This document shows, piece after piece, positions 1 through 9,884 of a stretch of DNA of 64,000 bases. The stretch spans positions 65,789 to 129,788 of the forward strand of contig CAKPDH010000003.1 of the NCBI GenBank assembly GCA_934148845.1, read 5' to 3'. Every line of letters begins with the position of its first letter. Positions within the stretch are counted from its first letter, which is position 1. The translations under genes and the position numbers were made by a program. The notes under the pieces were generated by a model. That model was not told where the DNA came from and did no database searches. It saw nothing but the letters and a program-made list of their open reading frames with translations. This stretch comes from an uncultured Bacilli bacterium. GTDB taxonomy: Bacteria > Bacillota_I > Bacilli_A > RF39 > UBA660.

Positions 1-26
1 AAACTGTTGATAAGCACTTTAAAAAA

Positions 27-2411
27 ATGCATAATTTAGAGAAAAAAGCAGTTTTTTATGAAAGAATAATACTGCGGTTCAAAGATATAAAAAAGTTTAT
101 TAATCTTGAAAAAAAATATGTATTTGTAAAGTATTTAAAAAAAATAATATATAATGTATCTTTTTTATTAGTATTATTTTTAATACAAAAAGTATTGTTA
201 AGTATTAATATTTCATTGTATATAAAAATAATAGATTTTTTAAAGAATATTATAAATTTTAATTCTAATAATTATTTTAATTATTTAGTTGCATGTTTAG
301 GTGTTGGAAGTTTTTTAACAGCATTGTTTTTTTCTAATTTATCTGGTATATTTTCTTCAAAATATTCAAACTTAACGACAAAAATATCATCATCAATTCT
401 AAATGAGTACATGAATAGAAAGTATTTTGAATCAATAGTTAATTATCTAGTATTATTAATAATAGAGTTACTATGTTATTCATTTAGTATTAAATTAAAC
501 TTTTTAATTGTTATAGTTACTTTTTTCTTAACAATACGTATTATAATTGTTTTTATTATATTATCAAAAAGAATATTTGGATTTACTAACATAAATTATA
601 TCACATTAGATATGTGTCAAGAAATATTATACTATTTTGATAAATTAAAGATTGCAGTTAAACATTCAAAAAGTGATAGTATAATTTTATCTTATAGAAA
701 TGCAATTAAAACAAAAATTGGTATATTAGAAGAATTATATGATTCTTTTGTTAAAGAAAATGATATAAAGGGATTAGGTGAATTTAATGGTTATATTATT
801 GATTTATTATCAATATATTGCTCTGAAAAAAATGTAATTCCATTTGATGATTTATGGTATGATGACAAAGTAAAACCTAAAAATTGGTTTGAAGCAGATT
901 TTTTTGAGGTAAAAATGGGAATTCAAACTGGGACTTCCTTAAGACCCACATTTGAGAAAAACACTTATTTTTTTGAAGATATTATTACAAACATTATTAT
1001 TAAGTCAATAAAGTACTTATCTAGTCAATGTGAAAAATATAAATTATATGAAATACTAAATTGTTATCATTTACATTTTACAGAATTAAAAAATAGTGGA
1101 GATTTTAATTATTGGAACAATACTAACAAAAAGATAATTAATACTATTATTTCCAATAAGGTATTATTTAAAGATGAAGATGATAAAATAATTTTAATTG
1201 TGGACTTAGTTAGCCTATTATATGTTGATTATATTTTAGATTATACAAATTATGTTGATAATTTATATGCACAAATAGATTTTTGTACAAAAAATGTTGA
1301 TGAATTTGTGAATAGTATTGGTACAAATAATTTTATTTTAAGTTCCACTAGAACAAATGAATTGATTAAAAAGTTGAGATTTGAAAAGAAATATGAAAGA
1401 AAATATATAACAACAGATTATTATATTAAAGAATATATATTCTGGGAATTAAATAAATATATAGCTGAGTATATAGAAAGCTTTCCTAAAATCATTACTG
1501 ATATGAGAAATTTAGGAGAAAAACTATATAAAAATAATAATAAAATAAGCGCTTGTATTATCTTATCTAGAATTATTGAAATGTCTAAAAAAATGGAAAA
1601 TTCAATAGATAAATTATCAATAACATTAAATAAAATTAACAAACTAAATATTAATTTTAAATATAAGCAGATAGATTTGGAAAAAATTGAAAAAGAAAAG
1701 GAAAATATGTATATTTCTTCATTACTTTTATATTCAGATGTAGTTGCAGCATTAAGTGTAGATGAGTATGATTATCGAGATGAAAATATAGATTTTTATG
1801 GAGAATGTTTTTATAATTTGTGTCAAGAAACATTTAATGCAATTTTAAATGAAGATTTTGATAGATTTAAAAAATTGTATGAAAAATTTATTATGATTAC
1901 TATCATTTGTGATGAAGTTATTCATAAAATTATTGATGTAAATTATAACGATAATTATAAATTGAGTAAATATAAAATACCGATGTTACAATTTATGGAT
2001 ATAAGCGGCTATGTAATATATTATTCTCATTTAACAAATAGAAAAGAATGGGAAAAATTAGTTAATAGTAGTTTTCAAAAAATTGTAAGTGTTTCGAAAG
2101 ATAAAGAATTATTTATGAAAAAATTAATAGCGACAGCATCTATTGATTCTAATATATTTAGCGTTGACATATTAAAATCAGATTTTAAATTACGATTTCA
2201 GCACTTTGTAAAAAATAGTAATTATTTAAAATATAGAAGTATTGGACCATTTTCTCAAGAAGTAGTTGATAGTAGTGATAAACTACTTAGTAATTTTACT
2301 TTTTTATATGGTGAATTTTATAATAATTTTTATGAAATATTTGTTTATTATTATGTTAATCCAGAAGTTGATGATTCAGATAAATTTAAAGTAAAGTTTT
2401 TTGATGAATAA
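27..2411 (+). CDS. hypothetical large membrane-anchored protein (N-terminal TM helices, ~600-aa soluble C-terminal region)
   Basis: Uninterrupted 794-aa ORF. The N-terminal ~200 aa contains 3-4 hydrophobic helices. I recognise no catalytic motif. Confidence 0.45.
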   Translation: MHNLEKKAVFYERIILRFKDIKKFINLEKKYVFVKYLKKIIYNVSFLLVLFLIQKVLLSINISLYIKIIDFLKNIINFNSNNYFNYLVACLGVGSFLTALFFSNLSGIFSSKYSNLTTKISSSILNEYMNRKYFESIVNYLVLLIIELLCYSFSIKLNFLIVIVTFFLTIRIIIVFIILSKRIFGFTNINYITLDMCQEILYYFDKLKIAVKHSKSDSIILSYRNAIKTKIGILEELYDSFVKENDIKGLGEFNGYIIDLLSIYCSEKNVIPFDDLWYDDKVKPKNWFEADFFEVKMGIQTGTSLRPTFEKNTYFFEDIITNIIIKSIKYLSSQCEKYKLYEILNCYHLHFTELKNSGDFNYWNNTNKKIINTIISNKVLFKDEDDKIILIVDLVSLLYVDYILDYTNYVDNLYAQIDFCTKNVDEFVNSIGTNNFILSSTRTNELIKKLRFEKKYERKYITTDYYIKEYIFWELNKYIAEYIESFPKIITDMRNLGEKLYKNNNKISACIILSRIIEMSKKMENSIDKLSITLNKINKLNINFKYKQIDLEKIEKEKENMYISSLLLYSDVVAALSVDEYDYRDENIDFYGECFYNLCQETFNAILNEDFDRFKKLYEKFIMITIICDEVIHKIIDVNYNDNYKLSKYKIPMLQFMDISGYVIYYSHLTNRKEWEKLVNSSFQKIVSVSKDKELFMKKLIATASIDSNIFSVDILKSDFKLRFQHFVKNSNYLKYRSIGPFSQEVVDSSDKLLSNFTFLYGEFYNNFYEIFVYYYVNPEVDDSDKFKVKFFDE

Positions 2412-2432
2412 AAGAAAATAAGGTGATAAAGT

Positions 2433-3167
2433 ATGAATACTGAATTGGTAATAGTTATGAGAGATTTTTGTGAGCACGCTTTTATATCACTAAGTAAAGA
2501 CTACCGTAACTATTTTGTTTATACTAAAGGTTCTAAAAGTAAAATATTAAAATATTTTAATTTTTATGATTTGGATAGAATTATAGAAGAACTAATATAC
2601 AAGCTTTTTTTTAATGGTAATATAAAATTATATTTTTACCTAGAAAAAAACAAATTATATTTATCAGAAAAAAAGAACGATACAGGTAATATTATTTTAG
2701 TAAAAAATTTTAAATGGAATTTAAGTTTTTTATCAGAACATAAGAGAAAAAAGATTGTAAAACGATTAAAAAAACTTGATTCGTCAAATTTTAAGCAGGA
2801 TTATACTGACAAAAATTATTCTAGAAACTATTTATATGTAAATGAATTGGTTAATAATGAAGTACTAAAATCAACTAAAGATTTTTTATATTTAAGTATT
2901 AATGAAAGAAATTATACAGATATATACTACGTATATAGCCTGATTAGAATGAGAAAAAAACAGTTACTTATGGTAAATTATGTAGTAAAATTATTTAACG
3001 ATAGTGTAAAAGAAGCATTAAAAATAGATGATGTAGATGATAATTTAGTATTTAATGGATTAACAATGGATACTTTAAATGAATTAGAGAATAAATTATT
3101 ATCAGGTAGTGATACATTGAAAAATATAACAGATTGTTTGTTTAACAGAATAAATAATGAAAGTTAA
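2433..3167 (+). CDS. hypothetical protein
   Basis: 244-aa ORF 22 nt downstream of the previous gene, likely an operon partner. No recognisable motif. Confidence 0.4.
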   Translation: MNTELVIVMRDFCEHAFISLSKDYRNYFVYTKGSKSKILKYFNFYDLDRIIEELIYKLFFNGNIKLYFYLEKNKLYLSEKKNDTGNIILVKNFKWNLSFLSEHKRKKIVKRLKKLDSSNFKQDYTDKNYSRNYLYVNELVNNEVLKSTKDFLYLSINERNYTDIYYVYSLIRMRKKQLLMVNYVVKLFNDSVKEALKIDDVDDNLVFNGLTMDTLNELENKLLSGSDTLKNITDCLFNRINNES

Positions 3168-3184
3168 ATTAAATAAGAAATTTT

Positions 3185-3267
3185 TGTCGAATATTGTCGA
3201 AAAATTGCATGTTGAAAATGTAGCAATTAGTGTTATAATTATGATAGTCATACGGGAATGTGACTAT
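3185..3267 (+). promoter_or_regulatory. sigma-A type promoter with flanking repeat operators
   Basis: Promoter elements: TTGAAA (3212-3217), 16-nt spacer, TGtTATAAT (3231-3239) extended -10. Two direct TTGTCGAA repeats (3185-3192, 3195-3202) sit just upstream of the -35. A perfect inverted repeat ATAGTCA-N10-TGACTAT (3244-3267) lies immediately downstream of the -10. Confidence 0.5.
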
Positions 3268-3362
3268 TACATATAAACATATATAAATATAAAATAGTAA
3301 ATATTAAAAAAGAAATTAGAAAGCTTTATTATACATTAAAGAATAATGTATGATAATTAATC

Positions 3363-3458
3363 AGTGAAGAACTGAATACATATTAATCCAACAAAAAAGA
3401 TTGGAAATATTCCCTTATTTTTGTTATGGACTAATGTGTTCAGTTCTTTTTATGTGTT
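3363..3458 (+). other. structured leader / attenuator-like stem-loop ending in a U-run
   Basis: A ~14-bp inverted repeat AAGAACTGAATACA ... TGTGTTCAGTTCTT encloses a ~53-nt loop that has two internal mini-hairpins. It is followed by TTTTTAT and lies between the promoter and the RBS of the HTH gene. Confidence 0.3.
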
Positions 3459-3530
3459 CCTAAAAAGACTGGCAAAGAAAGGAGGATAATATGGAACTAC
3501 TAAGCTTGATAATCTTATATTGGAGAAATA

Positions 3531-4059
3531 ATGGAAAAAGAACCATTTATAAGTTTAGTATTACTAGAATCAGTATTAGGAGATAATAGATTAACTTACT
3601 TTGAGAGAATATTATTAATAGACATTGTGTCACTATGTAAGAAAAATGGCTATTGTTGGCCTACTAATAGGTATTTTATGAAGAAATTTGATTGTACTAA
3701 ACCAACTGTATCAAAAAGTATAAGTAGTTTATCAAAAAAAAGGATATATTGATATAGAAATTAATAATAGTGAAACAACTAATTCAAAGAGGATAATTAA
3801 ATTATCTGAGGTATTAAAGAAAAGAATAACAAGTATTCAAAAAAATGCTAATACTAGTATTCAAAATAATTTTAACCATTATAATAAATATAATAGAAAT
3901 AAAAGAGATATATTAGATAAAATTTATTATGTTGATGAATTTGGTATTGAATACTGGCATGGTGAACCTATTGAATCAAAAGAAGCAACTAAAGAAGAAC
4001 AAGAAGAGATGGAGAAAATGCTAGAAAGTTTTAAAGAAATGGAGGAAGATATAAATTGA
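3531..4059 (+). pseudogene. HTH replication-initiator/replisome-organiser-like protein, interrupted by a frameshift in an A8 homopolymer
   Basis: The N-terminal 73-aa ORF ends with ...LSKKRIY* inside the run AAAAAAAA (3734-3741). Removing one A reads through as ...LSKKGYIDIEINNSE...EEMEKMLESFKEMEEDIN, which restores the classic EKGYI winged-helix motif of phage and plasmid replication proteins. Confidence 0.5.
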
Positions 4060-4092
4060 TAAAGACACTCATAAACTTAAATGAGGTGGCTT

Positions 4093-4185
4093 ATGTTTAA
4101 TATAATAGAAACTTTCAAAGATGATTCTCCTAATTTTAATGAACTGGTAATTAAATTTATTAAAAGTAAGGTAAATAGTGACTGA
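4093..4185 (+). CDS. small 30-aa ORF between the HTH gene and the recombinase (possible accessory/directionality factor)
   Basis: RBS GAGGTGG sits 5 nt before the ATG. The position is right, but the ORF is very short and the call is speculative. Confidence 0.15.
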   Translation: MFNIIETFKDDSPNFNELVIKFIKSKVNSD

Positions 4186-4263
4186 TACAATGTGCCAAAT
4201 TAAATTTGTATGGTATAATTTAATTGGCTTTAGTTGTTATACAACAAGGAAAGGAGAGTAAGC

Positions 4264-5844
4264 TTGTATAACACTTTAAATGTGATGCCAGATTACTACA
4301 AAGCAGGAATTTATATAAGATTATCAGAAGCTGATGAAGGTAAATCTTACGAATCTGAAAGTGAGAGCGTCCTTAATCAAAGAAATATACTAATGAATTT
4401 TATCAAAGAAAAAGGATTTATTTTTGTAGATGAATATGTAGATGATGGATATTCTGGTACTACTTTTGATAGACCGGGATTTCAAAGATTAATTGAAGAT
4501 ATTAAAGCTAAAAGAATTAATCTTGTAGTAGTAAAAGACTTATCAAGATTAGGTAGAGATCATATTTTAACAGGATATTATGTTGAAACTTTCTTTCCGG
4601 AAAATGGAATAAGATTTATTTCTATGTTGGAAGGATATGATAACGCAATAAATCAAGCAAGCAATGATTCAGCAACATGGTTATTTGCTTGTAATGATTA
4701 CTATAGTAAACAAAATTCTATTAAAATTCGTAATGTTTTAAATGACAAGAGAAGAAATGGTAAATTTATTGGAAGTGCTCCAAGTTATGGATATTTAAGA
4801 GATCCAAATGATAAAGGGCATTTAATACCAGATCCAGAGTATTCATGGGTAGTAAAAAAGATATTTGATATGGCTTATAACGGAGTAGGGCTTTCTGAAA
4901 TAACTACTTATTTGAATGATAATAATATAAAAACACCTAGCAGTTTGAAGAGAAAGAATCCTAATTCAAAAGTTAAATATAATCCTATGTGGACTATTTC
5001 TTCTGTTAAAAAGATTTTGAAAAATCAAATGTATGTCGGTGATATGGTACAAAGTGTACAAACTAAAGTATCATATAAATCTAATAAGAAAAAAGCATTA
5101 CCTAAAAGTAATTGGGATATTGTTAAAAATACTCATGAACCACTAGTAGATAGATTTATCTTTGAAAGTATTCAAAATAATGTTAAAAGAACAAATATTT
5201 CTAATATTACTAAAAGAGATAAAAGATTGTTTGAAAACTTATTATTTTGCAAGGAATGTGGAAATACTTTAACAGTATCATATAGAAAAAATCACGATTA
5301 TTGGACTGTTAATTGTAATAGATATTCAAGAGATCCTAAAAGAAGAATGTGTGAACCACATTTTATGCCTTATGACAAATTAGAACAAGCATTACTTGAA
5401 GTTATAAAAAATACTTGTAAAAAGTATTTAAAAAAATTAGATATAACTAAAATATCTAAAAATATTAATAAAAAAGATAATAGTAATGTCAATAATGAAA
5501 TAAATGAGTTAAGAAAACAAGAAAAAGATTTAATTAGTAAACTAGATATGCTATATCAAGATAAATTTAATGGAATAGTATCAGAAGAAATGTATTTAAG
5601 AATATCTAGAGAAACAGAAAACTCTTTAATTAGAACAAGAGAAAAAATCCAAAGTCTACAAGATACAAAAGAAGAAAAGCAAATTAATAAGTCTGAAATA
5701 AAAGATTATGAAAATAAAATTAGAGAATTAATTGATATTGATAATCCATCAAGAGAGTTAATACAATCCTTAATTGATAAAATTATTATAGATAAAGATA
5801 AAAATATAGAAATTATCTATAAATTTAGTATATTAAATAATTAG
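4264..5844 (+). CDS. large serine recombinase (resolvase/invertase catalytic domain + recombinase domain + zinc ribbon + coiled coil)
   Basis: Catalytic motif GIYIRLSEADEG with the Ser nucleophile. SRLGRD motif. Cys-rich zinc ribbon CKECGN...CNRYSRDPKRRMCEPHF. C-terminal coiled coil. RBS AAGGAAAGGAGAG is followed by TTG at 4264; GTG 4282 or ATG 4285 are alternative starts. An extended -10 TGgTATAAT lies at 4211-4219. Confidence 0.85.
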   Translation: MYNTLNVMPDYYKAGIYIRLSEADEGKSYESESESVLNQRNILMNFIKEKGFIFVDEYVDDGYSGTTFDRPGFQRLIEDIKAKRINLVVVKDLSRLGRDHILTGYYVETFFPENGIRFISMLEGYDNAINQASNDSATWLFACNDYYSKQNSIKIRNVLNDKRRNGKFIGSAPSYGYLRDPNDKGHLIPDPEYSWVVKKIFDMAYNGVGLSEITTYLNDNNIKTPSSLKRKNPNSKVKYNPMWTISSVKKILKNQMYVGDMVQSVQTKVSYKSNKKKALPKSNWDIVKNTHEPLVDRFIFESIQNNVKRTNISNITKRDKRLFENLLFCKECGNTLTVSYRKNHDYWTVNCNRYSRDPKRRMCEPHFMPYDKLEQALLEVIKNTCKKYLKKLDITKISKNINKKDNSNVNNEINELRKQEKDLISKLDMLYQDKFNGIVSEEMYLRISRETENSLIRTREKIQSLQDTKEEKQINKSEIKDYENKIRELIDIDNPSRELIQSLIDKIIIDKDKNIEIIYKFSILNN

Positions 5845-5924
5845 AACTTTGTCGCAACTTGCGACGAGGTGTACATAAAAAAATGATAAACTACTTATAC
5901 GAAGAAACTATTGGGGGTGATATT

Positions 5925-6677
5925 ATGAAAAATAAAGATAAAATATTTGAGTTTTTACAAAAAAATTATGGTTGGATAGTAGCATTACTAACTGGATTAA
6001 CAGTTACAACATCATTTGTATTAAGATTTATAAAATATATTTATTCTAATTTTTATTTTGATTATTATGGTATTTCATATGAACTATTCAATAATAACGA
6101 ATTAGGATTTCTATATAATTTTGGTTTTTCTATTTTAATATTATTATGTTTTGGATCATTAATGTATTGCTATATGCAATTATTTAATAAGAAAGAAATG
6201 AATGTTAAATTAAGAACTATTGTTTTTAATATTTTATTAATTATAGTTTCAAATATAATTGTTGTATTTTCATTAAATTATAAGTATTCATTATGTCAGT
6301 TAATATTTAACTTTTTGGCATTAATTGCAATAGAAATAGTTATGTCAGTTATTTTCTTTAAAATTGATAAAAGAGAAAAAAATAAAAAATATGATTTAAT
6401 TGATTTGTCAAATACTATAAAAATAGTACCATTTTATATAGTTTTATTACTTTTTTCTTTGATATTAAGTTATGGTTCTAATATTGTAATGAACAAGTCA
6501 TATAGAATAATTGGCAATGATAAGGTAATAGTATATACAACCAATGATTATTATTTAACATTAGATTGTAAAATTAAGAATAATGAATTAACCATATATA
6601 AAGGTAAACAAAGCAAAATAAATAATGAAGATGTAGTAAGTGAATTAATCAATTTTGATAAAGTAGAATTAAAATAA
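5925..6677 (+). CDS. hypothetical polytopic membrane protein
   Basis: The ORF has an internal ATG at 5925 preceded by GGGGGTGA. Several hydrophobic helices are present. Confidence 0.4.
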   Translation: MKNKDKIFEFLQKNYGWIVALLTGLTVTTSFVLRFIKYIYSNFYFDYYGISYELFNNNELGFLYNFGFSILILLCFGSLMYCYMQLFNKKEMNVKLRTIVFNILLIIVSNIIVVFSLNYKYSLCQLIFNFLALIAIEIVMSVIFFKIDKREKNKKYDLIDLSNTIKIVPFYIVLLLFSLILSYGSNIVMNKSYRIIGNDKVIVYTTNDYYLTLDCKIKNNELTIYKGKQSKINNEDVVSELINFDKVELK

Positions 6678-6697
6678 ATTTAGCAAGGAGGTAATCA

Positions 6698-7552
6698 ATG
6701 AATCAAGATAAAATGCATTTAGTAAATAAAATATTTAATAATGAAACAATTAGAACTATTTGGGATAAGGAACAAGAAAAATACTTTATAAGTGTCGTGG
6801 ATATTGTTGGAGTACTCGCTGATAGTAGTGAACCCAGAAAATATTGGAACTGGTTAAAAAATAAACTAAAAAAGGAAGAAAATTTTGAAACGTCTAGTAT
6901 TACTAGACAGTTGAAATTAAAAGCTCAAGATGGTAAATATCGTATGACTGATGTTGTTGATATTGAAGGAATGTTTAGAATTATTGAATCAGTTCCAAGT
7001 AAGAATGCAGAACCAATTAAGCAATGGTTAGCAAAATTAGGAAGCGAAAGAATAGATGAGACATTTGACCCATCACTAGCAGCACAAAGAGCGATAGACT
7101 TATATAGAGCCAAAGGTTATGATGAAAAATGGATTGCAAAAAGAATTAAGGGTATTCAAGACAGAAAACAACTTACTGATGTATGGAAAGATGGTGGAAT
7201 AACTGAATCTAAAGAATATGCAATCCTAACAAATGAAATTTATAAAGAATGGTCTGGAATGACTGCAAAACAATATAAATCATTTAAAGGACTTAGGAAA
7301 GAATCATTAAGAGATAATATGACTGATGTTGAAGTAGCACTTGCTGATTTAGGTGAAATAGCAACTAGAGAAATTGCTAAAAAGAAAAATCCAAAAGGTT
7401 TAAATGAAAATATTGATGTAGCAAGGCGCGGTGGGAAAATTGCTGGTAATGCAAGAAAAGATTTAGAAAATGAACTTGGTGAGAGCGTAGTTACTAGTAA
7501 TAATGCATTAAACTACGAATATATTGAAGAAAAAGAAATTGAAATGAAATAG
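6698..7552 (+). CDS. Bro-N domain protein (phage antirepressor-like, DinD-like architecture)
   Basis: The N-terminal region (IRTIWDKEQEKYFISVVDIVGVL...) matches the Bro-N pattern. The RBS AGGAGG is strong. Confidence 0.45.
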   Translation: MNQDKMHLVNKIFNNETIRTIWDKEQEKYFISVVDIVGVLADSSEPRKYWNWLKNKLKKEENFETSSITRQLKLKAQDGKYRMTDVVDIEGMFRIIESVPSKNAEPIKQWLAKLGSERIDETFDPSLAAQRAIDLYRAKGYDEKWIAKRIKGIQDRKQLTDVWKDGGITESKEYAILTNEIYKEWSGMTAKQYKSFKGLRKESLRDNMTDVEVALADLGEIATREIAKKKNPKGLNENIDVARRGGKIAGNARKDLENELGESVVTSNNALNYEYIEEKEIEMK

Positions 7553-7562
7553 GAGATATTAT

Positions 7563-8504
7563 ATGGAAAGCAGTAAAAATAATAAAAAAATAATTATAGC
7601 TTTAATAATATTTATTACAGCCTTGATAATAGTTAATTTTATATTTTCGAATACTAAATATGAAATTACCTTTGAGATAATAATTTGTTTAAGTTTATTA
7701 GTTATCTTAGCGTTGTCAGAGATGTTTGATAATCTTAGTATACCGAAAGTAATATCTTTGTCTAAAAACGTGAAAGAAGTAAAAAAAGAAAATGAAGATT
7801 TAAAAGATGCTAATATAAAATTATTGGAACAAATTACTAATATTAAGAATTCAAATAGTCAAAATATATTTTTGCCAAATTCTTTTAGTACTATTAGTTC
7901 CTCAAATATAGATGATATTAATAAAAATGTTGATAATTTAGAATCAGGAGATTTTGAGACTAAAGTTGTTAATAAAGATTATAAAGTGCCTGCATCAGAA
8001 CGTTATAAATATAGACGTAATTTAGAAATATTCATGTTAAAGAAAGCATTAGACACTGATAACAATATTTCGAGTTATGACATTCAATACGATATTAAGC
8101 TAATTAACAACAAGCTCGTAGATGATAATATAATGAAGAATGAAGCAAGATTTGACGCATTAAAATCGAATTTAAATGAAAAAATCTTTTATGAAGTTAA
8201 AATTACACCATTCATGTTAGATTTTCCTTATCAACTTCACTACATGTTAAGAACTCTTGAATTATATAAGGAATTCACTAAGATACCTTGTAAATTGGTT
8301 TTAGTTTTACCTAAATTTGAAGGAGAATTAGAAAAAATATTATTTAATATGAATAGTGATAGATTTACTATAATGAAAGAAAAAATGTCAAATAGATTTG
8401 AACCAGCCATAGAAAATCATCTATTAGAAATAGTAGAAATTAATGTATCTAAAGAAGAATTAGATAAATATATTAAAGCAAAAGAAGAAAAAAACAACAG
8501 TTAG
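7563..8504 (+). CDS. hypothetical protein with N-terminal TM helix and coiled-coil region
   Basis: 313-aa ORF that is start-coupled to the upstream gene. Confidence 0.4.
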   Translation: MESSKNNKKIIIALIIFITALIIVNFIFSNTKYEITFEIIICLSLLVILALSEMFDNLSIPKVISLSKNVKEVKKENEDLKDANIKLLEQITNIKNSNSQNIFLPNSFSTISSSNIDDINKNVDNLESGDFETKVVNKDYKVPASERYKYRRNLEIFMLKKALDTDNNISSYDIQYDIKLINNKLVDDNIMKNEARFDALKSNLNEKIFYEVKITPFMLDFPYQLHYMLRTLELYKEFTKIPCKLVLVLPKFEGELEKILFNMNSDRFTIMKEKMSNRFEPAIENHLLEIVEINVSKEELDKYIKAKEEKNNS

Positions 8505-8581
8505 TTACACATTGATTATCGGCAGGTGGCGATGGCGCTGAGGTAATTTATGCTTTAAGAAATAATTCTGCACTACCTAAT

Positions 8582-9451
8582 TTGATTTTATCTGAACTTG
8601 AAAAAGAGGGGCAAAACGTTAGAAAAGCTTATCAAAGAAGATTACCAAGTAATACTTCAAAAGACTATTATTTTATGCAAAGGAACACAGGAAATACTCA
8701 GCCCATAACTGTTGAATATGGATTCCTTGATAGTAAAGGTGATGATGTAAATCAACTTAAAAATAATTGGGAAAAGTATGCTGAAGCTGTAGTCAGGGCA
8801 TTACTTGAATATTTAAATTTATCATACGTTCCAGTGGATGGGGAAAAATACTATACTGTAAAAAGTGGAGATAGTTTGTGGAGTATTGCAAAAAAATTTA
8901 ATGTTTCTGTGTCAGAGCTAAAGGAAATTAATGGATTAACAAGTTCTTTATTGTCTGTTGGCAAAATTTTAAAAATTCCAGTTGAGGTTCAACAAGAGGA
9001 TAAGGATAATATTTATATTGTGAAAAGTGGAGATAATTTATATAAAATAGCTAATGCATATGGTGTAAATGTAAATGATATAATAAACATTAATAAATTA
9101 ACTAATACTAATTTATCAATAGGTCAGAAGTTGCAAATTCCAAAAATCAATGATACTCAAATTTATACTGTAAAGAATGGAGATAGCTTATATAAAATAG
9201 CTCAAAATTATAATACAACAGTAGATGAATTAAAAAGGCTTAATAACTTAAATAGTATTATGCTTTCAATAGGTCAAACTCTTAAAGTACCGTTAAAGTC
9301 TTCATCTTCATCAAATACTTATACTGTAAAGAGTGGAGATAGCTTATATAAAATAGCTCAAAATTATAATACAACTGTTAGTGAAATAAAACGTTTAAAT
9401 AATTTAAGTAGTGATATTTTGACTATAGGTCAAGTTCTTAAAATAAAATAA
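8582..9451 (+). CDS. LysM-repeat protein with a 5'-truncated Amidase_3-like fragment (cell-wall hydrolase remnant)
   Basis: Four LysM repeats are present (YTVKSGDSLW/YKIA...). The in-frame upstream region back to the stop at 8513 encodes GGDGAEVIYALRNNS...TVEYGFLDSKGDD, which resembles only the C-terminal part of a MurNAc-L-Ala amidase. There is no ATG; the ORF begins at TTG. Confidence 0.55.
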   Translation: MILSELEKEGQNVRKAYQRRLPSNTSKDYYFMQRNTGNTQPITVEYGFLDSKGDDVNQLKNNWEKYAEAVVRALLEYLNLSYVPVDGEKYYTVKSGDSLWSIAKKFNVSVSELKEINGLTSSLLSVGKILKIPVEVQQEDKDNIYIVKSGDNLYKIANAYGVNVNDIININKLTNTNLSIGQKLQIPKINDTQIYTVKNGDSLYKIAQNYNTTVDELKRLNNLNSIMLSIGQTLKVPLKSSSSSNTYTVKSGDSLYKIAQNYNTTVSEIKRLNNLSSDILTIGQVLKIK

Positions 9452-9453
9452 AA

Positions 9454-9482
9454 TTCTATATCAGTGATATAGAACTTTTTTA
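9454..9482. terminator. bidirectional intrinsic terminator
   Basis: TTCTATATCA-gt-GATATAGAA stem followed by a T-run. The hairpin sits between convergent genes. Confidence 0.5.
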
Positions 9483-9884
9483 TCTTAATAATAATTTGGC
9501 TAAATAAGGGAATAGGAAAATAATTGATATTAGAATAACTATAAATAGAATAATTATAAAAGTATAATTAAGTCCTCCCTTTTTTTTCTCAATTCTTTCT
9601 GAACTTATAGTTTGTGTATTATTAATAAATTCATTAGCTGATTGATCAACCGTAGGTATATTGTTAATATTAGTAACATTACTTTGAGATAAAGAATCAT
9701 TAATGCTAGTTTCTGCATTGTTAGTATTTGCTTGTACTACTGTATTTTTATTTATATCATTTATTGGTTTTCCTGTATTAGGGTCAAATCTCATTTTCAT
9801 ATTGTTATTTTGTGTATTTTCACTTATATTATCTAATGGTTTTCCTGTATTAGGATCAAACCTCATTTTAATTTCATTATTCAT
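9480..9884 (-). CDS. small membrane-anchored protein with duplicated MKMRFDPNTGKP motif
   Basis: The motif MRFDPNTGKP(L/I)(D/N)(N/D)I occurs twice. The protein is Asn-rich and has a C-terminal TM helix. Confidence 0.45.
   Translation of the reverse strand: MNNEIKMRFDPNTGKPLDNISENTQNNNMKMRFDPNTGKPINDINKNTVVQANTNNAETSINDSLSQSNVTNINNIPTVDQSANEFINNTQTISSERIEKKKGGLNYTFIIILFIVILISIIFLFPYLAKLLLR

Noticed and set aside
1421-1642. 73-aa minus-strand ORF inside the 794-aa gene
   Set aside because: Fully antisense to a long coding ORF and made of AT-rich low-complexity sequence. Chance ORF.
6925-7113. 62-aa minus-strand ORF
   Set aside because: Antisense within the Bro-N gene; no RBS.
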